Positions 17,593-26,939 are shown, counted from the stretch's first letter. The stretch is 51,620 bases of DNA from Candidatus Fermentibacterota bacterium (GCA_012523605.1 JAAYTY010000144.1:1-51620), one strand, 5' to 3'. The notes: generated from the letters alone by a model not told the origin. Program-made: numbers and translations.

Positions 17593-18990
17593 ATGGCGCC
17601 GGGCGGCCCGGGGAGAGTCGTAGTCCTGGGTGCCGGCCTCGCCGGCCTCAGCGCCGCCGACGTCCTCGTTTCTCACGGCGTGCGAACCGTCGTCGTCGAG
17701 AAGGAGGCCGCACCGGGAGGACTCGCCGCCACCTGCAGGGTCGGCGGATTCCATTTCGACTTCGGCCCCCACCGCTTCCACACCAGGAACCCCGCCGTCC
17801 TCGCCAGAGTGTCCGCCCTGCTGGGAGGCGACCTGCTCCAGGTAGAGAGGTTGAGCCGCATTCGTCTGCTCGACCGGTACTTCCTCTATCCCCTGAGCCT
17901 CGGAGACGTGCTCCGGAGGATGCCCCTCCGCAAGGGGGCCGCCATGATGGCCAGCTATATGGCCAGGAGGGGCAGGAGGCTCTTCGGCGGGCTTCCCGAC
18001 GACAGCTTCGAGACCTGGGTGGTCAACCGCTTCGGCCGCTGCCTCTACGACATCTACTTCGGTCCCTACACCGCCAAGCTCTGGGGGATCCCCCCTTCGA
18101 GCCTCTCGCCGGACTGGGCCAGCCAGCGCATAACAGTGCCCAGCCTCACGGGGCTCGTGAGGGAGACGCTCTTTCCCCGGGGGGAGAAGGGCGCCAGGAG
18201 CCTGGTGAGCACGTTCCACTACCCCAGGGGCGGCATCGGGAGGATCTCGGAGGCCTTCGCCGCGAGAGTGAGGGAGGGCGGGGGGGCCCTGATGACATCG
18301 GTCGAACCCCTCTCGATATCGCGCGGTCCCGGAGGATTCGTGGTGGAGACGACCGCAGGCGCATTGGAAGCCGACGGTCTGATAAGCTCGATTCCCGTGA
18401 CAAGGCTGGCCGAGCTCGCGGCCCCCATGCTGGACGAACGGTCCCGCGAGGCCGCCGCCTCGCTCTCATACAGGAGCATCGTGTTCGTCACGCTCAGGCT
18501 CGCGAAGCGTCCGGAACCGCGTGACCACTGGATCTACACACCGGAGGACTGCTACAGGTTCAACAGGCTCTCCATCCCGGAGAACTTCGATCCGTCGGTC
18601 TCGGAGTCCGGCGGGCAGGTCGTCTTCGAATTCACCTGCCAGGAGGGCGACCAGATCTGGAACGGGGGCGAAGCGCTGGCGGCGGAATGCGTGAGCGGAG
18701 GAGAGAGGCTCGGTCTCTTCCGGACCGGCGAGGTCATGGGGCATGCCGTCACGAGGCAGGCTCATGCCTACCCGATCTACGACAGGGGGTACGAGGTCAG
18801 ATCGGGAATCCTCCTCGAGGCTTTCGACGCCCTCCCCGGAATCGTCACGTGCGGGAGGCAGGGCCTTTTCCGCTACAACAACATGGACCACTCGATAGAG
18901 ATGGGCGAGTACGCAGCTCTCGAGCTCCTCGGCATCGGAACCCTTCGCGAGCGGTTCGACTGGACCAGAAGCACATGGGCCGACGGCTGA
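17593..18990 (+). CDS. FAD-dependent oxidoreductase (HemY/amine oxidase-like, envelope-associated type)
   Basis: VVVLGAGLAGLSAA, GGLA.T, FDFGPHRFH, F.YPRGG.G, AYPIY and GRQGLFRYNNMDHS. The ORF-track start at 16291 is a shadow extension. Confidence 0.85.
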   Translation: MAPGGPGRVVVLGAGLAGLSAADVLVSHGVRTVVVEKEAAPGGLAATCRVGGFHFDFGPHRFHTRNPAVLARVSALLGGDLLQVERLSRIRLLDRYFLYPLSLGDVLRRMPLRKGAAMMASYMARRGRRLFGGLPDDSFETWVVNRFGRCLYDIYFGPYTAKLWGIPPSSLSPDWASQRITVPSLTGLVRETLFPRGEKGARSLVSTFHYPRGGIGRISEAFAARVREGGGALMTSVEPLSISRGPGGFVVETTAGALEADGLISSIPVTRLAELAAPMLDERSREAAASLSYRSIVFVTLRLAKRPEPRDHWIYTPEDCYRFNRLSIPENFDPSVSESGGQVVFEFTCQEGDQIWNGGEALAAECVSGGERLGLFRTGEVMGHAVTRQAHAYPIYDRGYEVRSGILLEAFDALPGIVTCGRQGLFRYNNMDHSIEMGEYAALELLGIGTLRERFDWTRSTWADG

Positions 18991-19496
18991 CGCCGTTCAC
19001 GAGCCCCTCGGCCCGTGCCGCCGTGTTCGTCGTCGCGTCGCTCCCGGCGCTGGCGATGCTGGCCGCATCCCTTGTCCAGCCGGTGGTCGGAGGGGATTTC
19101 GGGGCGGCGCTGGGGCGCTTTCTGGGCTACACCTGTCACCGCCTGCCTCGGCGCTGCCTGACCCTTCCCTGGGGTCTGAGCGGGCTGTGCGCGAGATGCA
19201 CCGCGTTCTGGGCCGGGCTCGGGACCGGGACTGCCGTGACGGGCATTACGGGAATGGGCGTGCGCCGCCCCCTCGACGGGCTGGCCATGACCGCCCCGAT
19301 GGCGCTCGACGGGCTCCTCCAGGCTGTCGGACTCTACGAGAGCCTCAACGCCGTCCGGGTTGCGACCGGCCTGGCGGGAGGCTGGGGAACGGGCATCATG
19401 TTCGTCTGGCTGTTCTGCCTCCTGCTCGAAAGACGCTTCCCCGCCCGTGACCGGATCCGGCAGACCGGCCGGAGAGCGCGGAACCGCCGGGCCTGA
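18975..19496 (+). CDS. DUF2085-like membrane protein
   Basis: CHRLPRRC...LCARCTAFWAG, PMALDGLLQ and N.VRVATG match the DUF2085 pattern as I recall it. Overlaps the upstream stop. Confidence 0.7.
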   Translation: MGRRLTPFTSPSARAAVFVVASLPALAMLAASLVQPVVGGDFGAALGRFLGYTCHRLPRRCLTLPWGLSGLCARCTAFWAGLGTGTAVTGITGMGVRRPLDGLAMTAPMALDGLLQAVGLYESLNAVRVATGLAGGWGTGIMFVWLFCLLLERRFPARDRIRQTGRRARNRRA

Positions 19497-19533
19497 CAGC
19501 CCGGGCCGGCCCCGGACCCGCCGGCCGTCGGTG

Positions 19534-19562
19534 TTGACAAATCATACCGCCGTATGAAGATT
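19534..19562 (+). promoter_or_regulatory. Promoter -35 (TTGACA) with palindrome TCATAC-CGCC-GTATGA in the spacer
   Basis: Perfect TTGACA at 19534-39 and an inverted repeat at 19542-19557. The -10 is weak (AAGATT at 17-bp spacing). Confidence 0.45.
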
Positions 19563-19687
19563 CTGGACCGGCCGGGCCTTCGAGGATCGGCCGCTTTCAC
19601 CTGTCGGGAGAGGCCGGGCTCCGTCGTCTCGGGCCCGCTGTTGCTTTCCTGCAAGAACGCACCACACTTGCGGAAAGGACGAGGTCC

Positions 19688-21037
19688 ATGCTGAAGAGAA
19701 AAGTGCTGATACTCGGCGCGGCAGGGCGCGACTTCCACAACTTCAACACGGTTTTCAGGGGGAACGAGTCTTTCGAGGTCGTGGCCTTCACCGCCGCTCA
19801 GATTCCCGACATCGCCGGCAGGAGGTATCCGTCCGAGCTGGCAGGCGGCCTTTACCCCGGAGGAATCCCGATCATCCCCGAGAACGAACTCGAGGAGACC
19901 ATCGCCTCGCGTTCGGTGGACCTGTGCGTGATGGCCTACTCCGACGTGTCGGACAGCCACGTGATGGCGCTGGCAAGCCGCTGCAACGCGGCTGGAGCGG
20001 ATTTCACGATGATCGGCGTGCGCTCGACCATGCTGCAGAGCGGCAAGCCGGTGATCGCGGTGACAGCGGTCCGAACCGGCTGCGGCAAGAGCCAGACCAC
20101 CCGCAGGGTGGCCGAACTGCTCCGTGCGGCCGGGAAGAAGGTCGTCGTCGTCCGCCATCCGATGCCCTACGGTGATCTGGCGGCCCAGAAGGTCCAGCGC
20201 TTCGCAACGATAAAGGATCTCGAGAAGCACCGCTGCACCATAGAGGAGATGGAGGAGTACGAGCCCCACATCGCCCGCGGCATGGTCGTCTACGCCGGAG
20301 TGGACTACGAAGCGATCCTTCGCGAGGCCGAGAAGGAGGCCGACATCGTCCTCTGGGACGGCGGCAACAACGACACCTCCTTCTTCAGGCCCGACCTCAC
20401 GATAACCGTGGTGGATCCCCACAGGCCCGGAGACGAGATCTCCTACTACCCCGGCCAGACCAACCTCAGGCTCGCCGACGTGGTGGTCATCAACAAGATC
20501 GACTCGGCCTACCCCGAGGACGTCAACGAGGTGCGCGGCAACGTCCGTCGGACGAATCCCCGCGCGCGGATAATCGAAGCCGCCAGCCCCGTGAGCGTGT
20601 CCGATCCGGGCGTCATCCTGGGGAAGACCGTTCTGGTGGTCGAGGACGGCCCGACCCTCACCCACGGGGACATGGAGTACGGCGCGGGCTTCGTGGCGGC
20701 CGAGCGCTTCGGGGCGACCGGCACGGTGGATCCCCGCGAGTTCGCGGTTGGATCCATCGCCGACACGTTCGACAGGTACTATGCCGATCGTGAGGAAGCC
20801 CTGGTGCTCCCCGCGATGGGCTACGGCGCCGAGCAGATGAAGGACCTGGAGGCCACGATCCGGAACTGCGAATGCGACGCAGTCATAGTCGCGACTCCGA
20901 TAGACCTCGGCCGGGTCATAAGGATCGACAAGCCATTCGTAAGGGTGACGTACGACCTCGAGGAGATTGGAAAGCCCGACCTGGCGGAGGTGCTGGAGCC
21001 CTTCACCGGGGCGGGTAAGCCGCGGAAGGGGATGTAG
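19688..21037 (+). CDS. arcE: COG2403 P-loop ligase (cyclic 2,3-diphosphoglycerate synthetase superfamily), most likely arginine synthetase ArcE type
   Basis: ILGAAGRDFHNFN, AFTA.QIP, AYSDV, AVRTGCGKSQ, RHPMPYG, TIEEMEEYE, WDGGNND, EDGPTLTHG and LPAMGY. From memory, the GAAGRDFHNFN start is the ArcE-type signature. Confidence 0.75.
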   Translation: MLKRKVLILGAAGRDFHNFNTVFRGNESFEVVAFTAAQIPDIAGRRYPSELAGGLYPGGIPIIPENELEETIASRSVDLCVMAYSDVSDSHVMALASRCNAAGADFTMIGVRSTMLQSGKPVIAVTAVRTGCGKSQTTRRVAELLRAAGKKVVVVRHPMPYGDLAAQKVQRFATIKDLEKHRCTIEEMEEYEPHIARGMVVYAGVDYEAILREAEKEADIVLWDGGNNDTSFFRPDLTITVVDPHRPGDEISYYPGQTNLRLADVVVINKIDSAYPEDVNEVRGNVRRTNPRARIIEAASPVSVSDPGVILGKTVLVVEDGPTLTHGDMEYGAGFVAAERFGATGTVDPREFAVGSIADTFDRYYADREEALVLPAMGYGAEQMKDLEATIRNCECDAVIVATPIDLGRVIRIDKPFVRVTYDLEEIGKPDLAEVLEPFTGAGKPRKGM

Positions 21038-21039
21038 GG

Positions 21040-21357
21040 ATGCGGGAGGTCTCCGGAGAGGGTTCCAGGGAGACGCCCCCCCCCGCAACCGAAGAGGCTG
21101 CCGGGAGGGACGGCGGAAAGGACCGCGGGGAGGTTCGGTCCTACGTCCACATCTTCCACGAGTGGTGCAAGGGCTGCGGGATATGCGTGGCCTTCTGCCC
21201 GAAGAAGGTGCTGGAGATGGGCCGGGGGCAGAAGGCGCACGTTGTGCACCCCGAGCTGTGCATCAAGTGCTACATGTGCGCCCGCCGCTGCCCCGACCTT
21301 GCGGTGACAGTGACCGAGGAGCTCGAGAGGATGCGGGAGGAGGGCGAGACCGAATGA
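21040..21357 (+). CDS. 2[4Fe-4S] ferredoxin, delta subunit of 2-oxoacid:ferredoxin oxidoreductase
   Basis: CKGCGICVAFCP and CIKCYMCARRCP. Confidence 0.9.
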   Translation: MREVSGEGSRETPPPATEEAAGRDGGKDRGEVRSYVHIFHEWCKGCGICVAFCPKKVLEMGRGQKAHVVHPELCIKCYMCARRCPDLAVTVTEELERMREEGETE

Positions 21358-22496
21358 CCGTTCCCTGGGGAGAGACCAGGCTGGTGCAGGGCAACGAGGC
21401 CGTGGCCCTCGGAGCCCTGGCCAGCGGAGTGAGGTTCTTCGGCGGATATCCCATCACACCCTCCACCGAGATCGCCGAGATCCTGGCCCGCGAGCTTCCC
21501 AGGCTCGGGGGCGTTTTCATCCAGATGGAGGACGAGATCGCGAGCATCAGCGCCGTCATGGGCGCCAGCCTCGCCGGTGCGAAATCCATGACAGCCACCA
21601 GCGGGCCCGGTTTCAGCCTGATGCAGGAGGGTCTGGGATTCGGCTGCATCGCCGAGATCCCGTTCGTCCTGGTCGACGTCATGCGCGCAGGCCCCTCGAC
21701 CGGTCTCCCCACGCAGGTCTCTCAGGGCGACGTGATGCAGGCCCGCTGGGGAACCCACGGCGACCATCCCGCCGTAGTCCTCGCACCGGCCACGGTGCGC
21801 GAGTGCTTCGATCTCACCATAAGGGCCTTCAACCTCTCCGAGACGTTCCGCACCCCCGTCATCCTGCTCTCGGACGAGGTCATCGGGCACATGCGCGAAC
21901 GCGTCACCTTCCCCCGCCGGGAGGAGGTGGAGGTGATCGAGAGACCTGTGCCCGAGACCCCGAAGGAGTGGTACGAGCACTACCATCCTACGGCCTCGAA
22001 CGTCTCGCCCATGGCGTGCTACGGCTCCGGCTACCGCTTCCACGTGACGGGGCTCACCCACGACAGGCAGGGCTTCCCCACGAGGCGCCGCGACGAGGTC
22101 AACGAGATGATGGAACGCCTGAAGCACAAGGTCGCGAGGCGCCTCGACGAGCTCGTCGAGGTGAAGATGCACGACGTGGAGCACTCGAGGGTGGTGATCT
22201 TCGCCTACGGCTCGGTGGTGAGGTCCGCGAAGGCCGCCCAGGTCATGCTGGAGAAGAAGCACAGGAGGGTCGGGGTCTTCAGGCCCGTCACCCTTTGGCC
22301 CTTCCCCGACAGGGAGGTGAAGCAGCACCTCGACGAGAAGGACGTGATCATAGTCCCCGAGCTCAACCAGGGGCAGCTCATCCACGAAGTCGAGAGGCTG
22401 ACTTCCGACACCGTCAGGGTGATACCCGTCCAGCGCGTGGACGGGTACGAGATCACGCCCGACGAGATAGTCGCCGCGGCCATGGAGGTGATGTGA
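21354..22496 (+). CDS. korA: 2-oxoacid:ferredoxin oxidoreductase alpha subunit
   Basis: GNEA.A.G, GYPITPSTEI, QMEDEIAS, TATSGPGFSLMQE, RAGPSTGLPT and PELNQGQL. Confidence 0.93.
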   Translation: MTVPWGETRLVQGNEAVALGALASGVRFFGGYPITPSTEIAEILARELPRLGGVFIQMEDEIASISAVMGASLAGAKSMTATSGPGFSLMQEGLGFGCIAEIPFVLVDVMRAGPSTGLPTQVSQGDVMQARWGTHGDHPAVVLAPATVRECFDLTIRAFNLSETFRTPVILLSDEVIGHMRERVTFPRREEVEVIERPVPETPKEWYEHYHPTASNVSPMACYGSGYRFHVTGLTHDRQGFPTRRRDEVNEMMERLKHKVARRLDELVEVKMHDVEHSRVVIFAYGSVVRSAKAAQVMLEKKHRRVGVFRPVTLWPFPDREVKQHLDEKDVIIVPELNQGQLIHEVERLTSDTVRVIPVQRVDGYEITPDEIVAAAMEVM

Positions 22497-23338
22497 TGCC
22501 GGCCGAGTTTCCCTACGAGCACAAGTATCTGAGGGCCAAGAAGAAGTTCCCCCACGTGTGGTGCCCGGGATGCGGCATCGGCATAGTGATGGGATCCATA
22601 ATCCGGGCCGTCGACAGCCTGGGATGGAGCAAGAACGAGGTCATGGTCGTCTCGGGCATCGGATGCACCTCCCGCATGCCCGTCTATCTCGACTTCAACA
22701 CTCTGCACACGATGCACGGAAGGGCGCTGGCCTTCGCCACGGGGATAAAGCTCGCCAACCCCGAACTCAGGATCATCGCCGTGATGGGCGACGGCGACGC
22801 GCTGGCGATCGGCGGCAACCACATCATCCACTCCGCGCGCAGGAACATCGACATCACCGCCGTGATAGTGAACAACTACAACTACGGGATGACGGGCGGA
22901 CAGCACTCGCCCACAACCCCGCTCGAGAAGATCACGAAGACCTCTCCTTACGGAATGGTCGAGCCCGAATTCGACATCTGCGAGCTCCTGAAGGCCGCAG
23001 GAAGCGTGTTCGTCGCGCGCGGTACGGTGTACCACGTGATCGAACTCGACGGGCTCATAAGGAAGGCCCTCGAGAAGAAGGGCTTCAGCGTCGTCGAGGC
23101 CATCTCGCCCTGCCCCACCAACTACGGCAGGGACAACAGGCTGGGCGACGCCGTCAGGATGATGGAGTCCCTCAGGGACGACTCGGTCAACGTGGCCCAG
23201 GCCGCCCGCATGAAGCCGGAGGAGCTCGCGGGGAAGATCGTGAGGGGAGTCCTCGCGGACAGGGAGGCGCCCGAGTACACCGATCTCTACCTCGAACTCT
23301 GCCGCAGGGTGCGGTCTTCGGGGGAGGTCGGGGAATGA
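22496..23338 (+). CDS. korB: 2-oxoacid:ferredoxin oxidoreductase beta (TPP-binding) subunit
   Basis: WCPGCG, SGIGC, HGRA..FATG, GDGDA..IGGNH, NNYNYGMTGGQ.SPT and SPCPT. Confidence 0.94.
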   Translation: MPAEFPYEHKYLRAKKKFPHVWCPGCGIGIVMGSIIRAVDSLGWSKNEVMVVSGIGCTSRMPVYLDFNTLHTMHGRALAFATGIKLANPELRIIAVMGDGDALAIGGNHIIHSARRNIDITAVIVNNYNYGMTGGQHSPTTPLEKITKTSPYGMVEPEFDICELLKAAGSVFVARGTVYHVIELDGLIRKALEKKGFSVVEAISPCPTNYGRDNRLGDAVRMMESLRDDSVNVAQAARMKPEELAGKIVRGVLADREAPEYTDLYLELCRRVRSSGEVGE

Positions 23339-23961
23339 GATACGCCGAGATAAGGCTGAGCGGCTCGGGAGGGCAGGGTCTGGGCCTGGCCGGCCGCATA
23401 CTCTCCGAAGTGGCGATGGCCGAGGACTTCAACGTATGCCAGACGCAGAGCTACGGGCCTGAGGCGCGCGGAGGCGCCAGCCGCACCGACGTGATAGTGT
23501 CCCGTGATGAGATACTTTTCCCCAACTGCCGCGAGATCGACGTTCTCCTCGCCATGAACCAGGAGAGCTGCGACACCTTCGGCGAAGAGGTGAAGGAGAC
23601 GGGGATCGTCATCGTGGATTCCACGTTCTGCGACCAGACTCCGGCCGTCGGCACGGTCTACAGGTATCCGTTCACGCGGGTGGCTGTCGAGAAGTTCGAG
23701 TCCGCTCTCACGGCGAACATGATAGCCCTCGGCGTCCTCGCCTCGATCACGAGGTACTTCCCGTTCGAGGCCTGGAAGAGGGTCATATCCGCACGGACGC
23801 CCGAGCGCTTCCGCAGGGTCAACCTGGAGGCCTTCGAGTTCGGATGCGCCGAGGGCCGCACGCTGGTGAAGGAGCAGTCCGAGAACAGGCCCGTGGTCTG
23901 GGATCGGAAGGCTCCGGTGCCGCCCGGTCTGAAGAGAAAGCAGCGAGGCAGGCAGTCCTGA
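23335..23961 (+). CDS. korC: 2-oxoacid:ferredoxin oxidoreductase gamma subunit
   Basis: IRLSGSGGQG, SYGPEARGG, ANMIALG and N.EAFE.G. Confidence 0.92.
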   Translation: MRYAEIRLSGSGGQGLGLAGRILSEVAMAEDFNVCQTQSYGPEARGGASRTDVIVSRDEILFPNCREIDVLLAMNQESCDTFGEEVKETGIVIVDSTFCDQTPAVGTVYRYPFTRVAVEKFESALTANMIALGVLASITRYFPFEAWKRVISARTPERFRRVNLEAFEFGCAEGRTLVKEQSENRPVVWDRKAPVPPGLKRKQRGRQS

Positions 23962-23969
23962 CGCCGAAT

Positions 23970-23996
23970 CGAGCCGGGGAGCCTTTCCCCGGCTCG
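23970..23996 (+). terminator. Stem-loop after the arcE-kor operon
   Basis: Perfect 11-bp stem CGAGCCGGGGA / TCCCCGGCTCG with a 5-nt loop, 8 nt after the korC stop. No U-tract. Confidence 0.55.
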
Positions 23997-24106
23997 CCTC
24001 CGTCCCTCACGCGACGGACCGTTTCCCGGACATCGCAGACCGCCGCAGGATGTTCACGAAACTTGCCGGATACCCGGCGGCGCGCGGGGTTTCCGGCCAT
24101 AGGCTC

Positions 24107-24146
24107 TTGCCGCGCACAGCCCGCCCCTTATATTAGGCATGCCTAA
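24107..24146 (+). promoter_or_regulatory. Promoter (TTGCCG-16-TATATT) overlapped by a DtxR-family operator TTAGGCATGCCTAA
   Basis: Perfect 14-bp palindrome at 24133-24146 with TTAGG...CCTAA arms typical of DtxR/IdeR/SirR boxes, directly upstream of a DtxR-family gene. Confidence 0.8.
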
Positions 24147-24173
24147 CAATCGAGATGACCCCGGAGGTGCGGC

Positions 24174-24902
24174 ATGGAGAAGCAGGCTGCTCTTACGGAG
24201 AGCATGGAGGACTACCTGCTCTCCGTCTACAGGATAGTGCGATCCGGTCGGAAGCCGCGCGTCACCGACATTGCGAAGAACAGGTCCGTGAGCCCGGCGA
24301 GCGTATGCCAGGCCCTCCGGAAGCTCGACAGGGACGGCCTCGTCCGCTACTCCTCGGGAAGGAGCATCACCCTCACCGGGGAGGGCGCGAAGGCGGCCCA
24401 GAGGCTGGCGTCGCGGCACGACTTCCTGCTGTTCTTCCTCCGCGACATCCTGGGCGTCGAGCCCTCCGCGGCCGAGAGCGACGCCTGTGCGCTCGAGCAC
24501 CACGTGAGTTCCGACACCCTCTCCCATCTCGTGGCCTTCGCCCAGTTCACCGAGCTCCGGATGCTCGGAGGGGACAAGATCGGCGCCGCGTTCAGGGGCG
24601 CCGAGCCCACCGGCTGCCTCGCCGCGGCTCCGCCCGGCCGGTGCAGGAGGCGCAGGGGCGGTATGGGCCTCGCGCTGTCCGACCTCCCTCCGGGGGCCAG
24701 GGCGCGCATACTGCATCTGCACTCCGACTGCACCGCGAGGCAGAGGCTCGCCGAGATGGGGCTCCTTCCAGGAGTCGAGGTGGAGGTGGTCCGCCGCGCC
24801 CCGCTGGGAGGGCCGGTGGAGATAAGGCTCGAGAACTCCTCCCTGACCCTTCGCAGGCGCGAGGCCGCGTCCGTCGAGGTCGAGGAGGCTCCTGCCGAGT
24901 GA
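24174..24902 (+). CDS. DtxR/MntR-family metal-dependent repressor with C-terminal FeoA domain
   Basis: LTESMEDYL, R.TDIA...VSPASV, RH..L..FL and DACALEH; FeoA-type RLAEMGL.PG.EV.V.R.APLGGP. Confidence 0.92.
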   Translation: MEKQAALTESMEDYLLSVYRIVRSGRKPRVTDIAKNRSVSPASVCQALRKLDRDGLVRYSSGRSITLTGEGAKAAQRLASRHDFLLFFLRDILGVEPSAAESDACALEHHVSSDTLSHLVAFAQFTELRMLGGDKIGAAFRGAEPTGCLAAAPPGRCRRRRGGMGLALSDLPPGARARILHLHSDCTARQRLAEMGLLPGVEVEVVRRAPLGGPVEIRLENSSLTLRRREAASVEVEEAPAE

Positions 24903-26932
24903 AGACCCTCAGGGTGGCCCTCGCGGGCAATCCCAACTGCGGGAAGAGCACGCTCTTCAACTGCATGACCGGCATGGCGGAAGCCGAGGGGAACTATCCA
25001 GGCGTCACCGTGGACACCGCGGTAGGCCGCATTCGCCGCGGCGACCGTCTGCTGGAGATGACCGATCTTCCCGGCATGTACGGAACGAGGCCCTCGAGTC
25101 CCGACGAGGAGCTGGCGGTGAGGGCTCTTCTCGCGGGATCCTTCGACGTGGTGGTGAGCGTACTCGACAGCACCAACCTCGAACGCGGGCTGGCCATGAC
25201 GATCCAGCTCCTGCACATGGGCCGGCGCGTCGTGGTGGCGCTGAACATGATAGACGAGGCGCGGCGCGCCGGCTCTGCCCCCGACTCCGCGGTGCTGTCG
25301 CGCCTTCTGGGAGTTCCGGTGGTCGAGACCTGCGGCAGGACCTGCGCCGGGACCGAGGAGCTCCTGCAGGCCGTCCTGACGGTCTCTTCCGCGAATCCCC
25401 GCCCGAGACGGATAAGCTTCGGCGACGAGCTGGACAGACAGCTTGTAGATATCGCTGCACAGATCCCCCCGTCCAGGGTGCCGGCGGCACCGGCTTATCT
25501 GGCCGCGTCTCTGCTGGAGGGGAGCGAAGCGGCATGGCGCCTGGTTCAGCTGTCGCTTGGCAGAGAGACCTCGGCGAGGATAGCACACGCGGTGGAAAAG
25601 GCCTCGAAGGAGATCGCCAGGGTCTTCGGCGAGACGCCGGACCTGGTGGTGACACGGGCGAGGCACGGGATCGCGCGGGGGGTGGTGAGGGAGTGCATTC
25701 CGGGCATCGTCCGGAGATCCACGGATCGGGATCTCACGCGGAGGATAGACGACGTGCTCCTGAGCCGCCTCTGGGGCATACCCGTGTTCGCCGCTGTGAT
25801 GTACGCCACTTTCTGGCTCACCTTCAGAGCGTCCGCCCCGCTGGCCGGCCTGGTGGGCTCGCTGTTCGAGGCTCTGGGCGGAATCGCCGCCGATGTCCTG
25901 CCCCCGGGCGCGCTGTCGTCGCTGGTCCGCGACGGGGTTATGGGCGGCGTGGGCGGCGTGCTCCAGTTCCTGCCGGGCATGACCGTCCTCTTCATGGTGA
26001 TGACGCTCCTGGAGGACAGCGGGTACATGGCCCGGGCCGCGTTTCTCACCGACGGCTTCATGCACAGGGTGGGCCTTCACGGGAGGAGCTTCATACCCCT
26101 GCTGCTGGGCTTCGGATGCACGGTGCCCGCTCTCATGGCCACCAGGGCGCTCGAGGACAGGCGCGACAGGCTCGCGACCATGCTCGTTCTCCCTCTCATG
26201 TCGTGCGGGGCCAGACTCCCCGTGTACATCCTGCTCATCCAAGCCTTCTATCCCGGAAGGCAGGGGGCCATGGTGGCGATGCTCTACGCAGCCGGTGCGG
26301 CGCTCGCGCTCGGCCTCGCCGGGCTCCTGAGGAAAACCGTTCTCGCGGGCCGCGATGCCGCGTTCGTCATGGAGCTCCCCCCCTACAGGCTGCCTACCCT
26401 GCGCAGCGTGCTGAAGCACGTATGGCAGCGCGTGAAACACTATCTGGCCAAGGCCGGCACGGTCATCCTGGCCTTCTCCGCGCTGCTGTGGCTTCTGAGC
26501 TACTTCCCAGTTCCCCGGCCCGGGCTCGGCGGTGCCATGCCTTCCGGCGCAGAGAGGCTGGAACAGTCCTACGCCGGCAGGATCGGCCGCCTGCTGGAAC
26601 CGCTCACGGAGCCTCTCGGATTCGACTGGAGAATGAACATGGCCATGCTCGGCGCGATGGGCGCGAAGGAGCTCTTCATATCTCAGACGGCGATCCTGCT
26701 GTCCCTGGAGGACGGCGGAAACGAGAGCATCTCGTCGGCCCTCCGTGCGCGCTACGCCCCGGCGACGGGGCTGGCGGCCATGTTCTTCATCCTGGTCTCT
26801 CCGCCCTGCGTGGCAGCGCTGGCGGTGCTCCTGAAGGAGTCGGGCGGATGGAGATGGGTCGTTCTGCAGTTCACGTTCCTGACACTGCTCGCATGGCTGG
26901 CCGGGTTCGCCGCGGTCAGGCTTGCGGGCTGA
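24899..26932 (+). CDS. feoB: Ferrous iron transporter B
   Basis: G1 GNPNCGKS, GNYPGVTV, DLPG.Y, NMID, LEDSGYMAR, GFGC.VPA, MSCGARLP and FVMELPPY. GTG start overlaps the dtxR stop. Confidence 0.95.
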   Translation: MKTLRVALAGNPNCGKSTLFNCMTGMAEAEGNYPGVTVDTAVGRIRRGDRLLEMTDLPGMYGTRPSSPDEELAVRALLAGSFDVVVSVLDSTNLERGLAMTIQLLHMGRRVVVALNMIDEARRAGSAPDSAVLSRLLGVPVVETCGRTCAGTEELLQAVLTVSSANPRPRRISFGDELDRQLVDIAAQIPPSRVPAAPAYLAASLLEGSEAAWRLVQLSLGRETSARIAHAVEKASKEIARVFGETPDLVVTRARHGIARGVVRECIPGIVRRSTDRDLTRRIDDVLLSRLWGIPVFAAVMYATFWLTFRASAPLAGLVGSLFEALGGIAADVLPPGALSSLVRDGVMGGVGGVLQFLPGMTVLFMVMTLLEDSGYMARAAFLTDGFMHRVGLHGRSFIPLLLGFGCTVPALMATRALEDRRDRLATMLVLPLMSCGARLPVYILLIQAFYPGRQGAMVAMLYAAGAALALGLAGLLRKTVLAGRDAAFVMELPPYRLPTLRSVLKHVWQRVKHYLAKAGTVILAFSALLWLLSYFPVPRPGLGGAMPSGAERLEQSYAGRIGRLLEPLTEPLGFDWRMNMAMLGAMGAKELFISQTAILLSLEDGGNESISSALRARYAPATGLAAMFFILVSPPCVAALAVLLKESGGWRWVVLQFTFLTLLAWLAGFAAVRLAG

Positions 26933-26939
26933 CGCCCGG

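Noticed and set aside
16291-18990. Apparent giant fusion ORFs (also 5467-6951, 24155-26932, 26940-29573, 28760-30394, 30976-33357, 42525-44213, 44203-45726)
   Set aside because: The N-terminal parts are open frames running through or opposite the neighbouring gene. True starts lie downstream, mostly at stop/start overlaps.
17593-18990. Protoporphyrinogen oxidase hemY
   Set aside because: Same fold, but the GRQGLFRYNNMDHS type and the absence of hem genes argue against a heme-pathway call.
19688-21037. Cyclic 2,3-diphosphoglycerate synthetase or generic GTPase call
   Set aside because: No adjacent 2-phosphoglycerate kinase, and the N-terminal signature and context fit the ArcE type better. 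Not formally excluded.
21076-21084. C9 homopolymer as a phase-variation tract
   Set aside because: The frame is intact (encodes PPP in a low-complexity N-terminus), and such runs are expected at this GC content.
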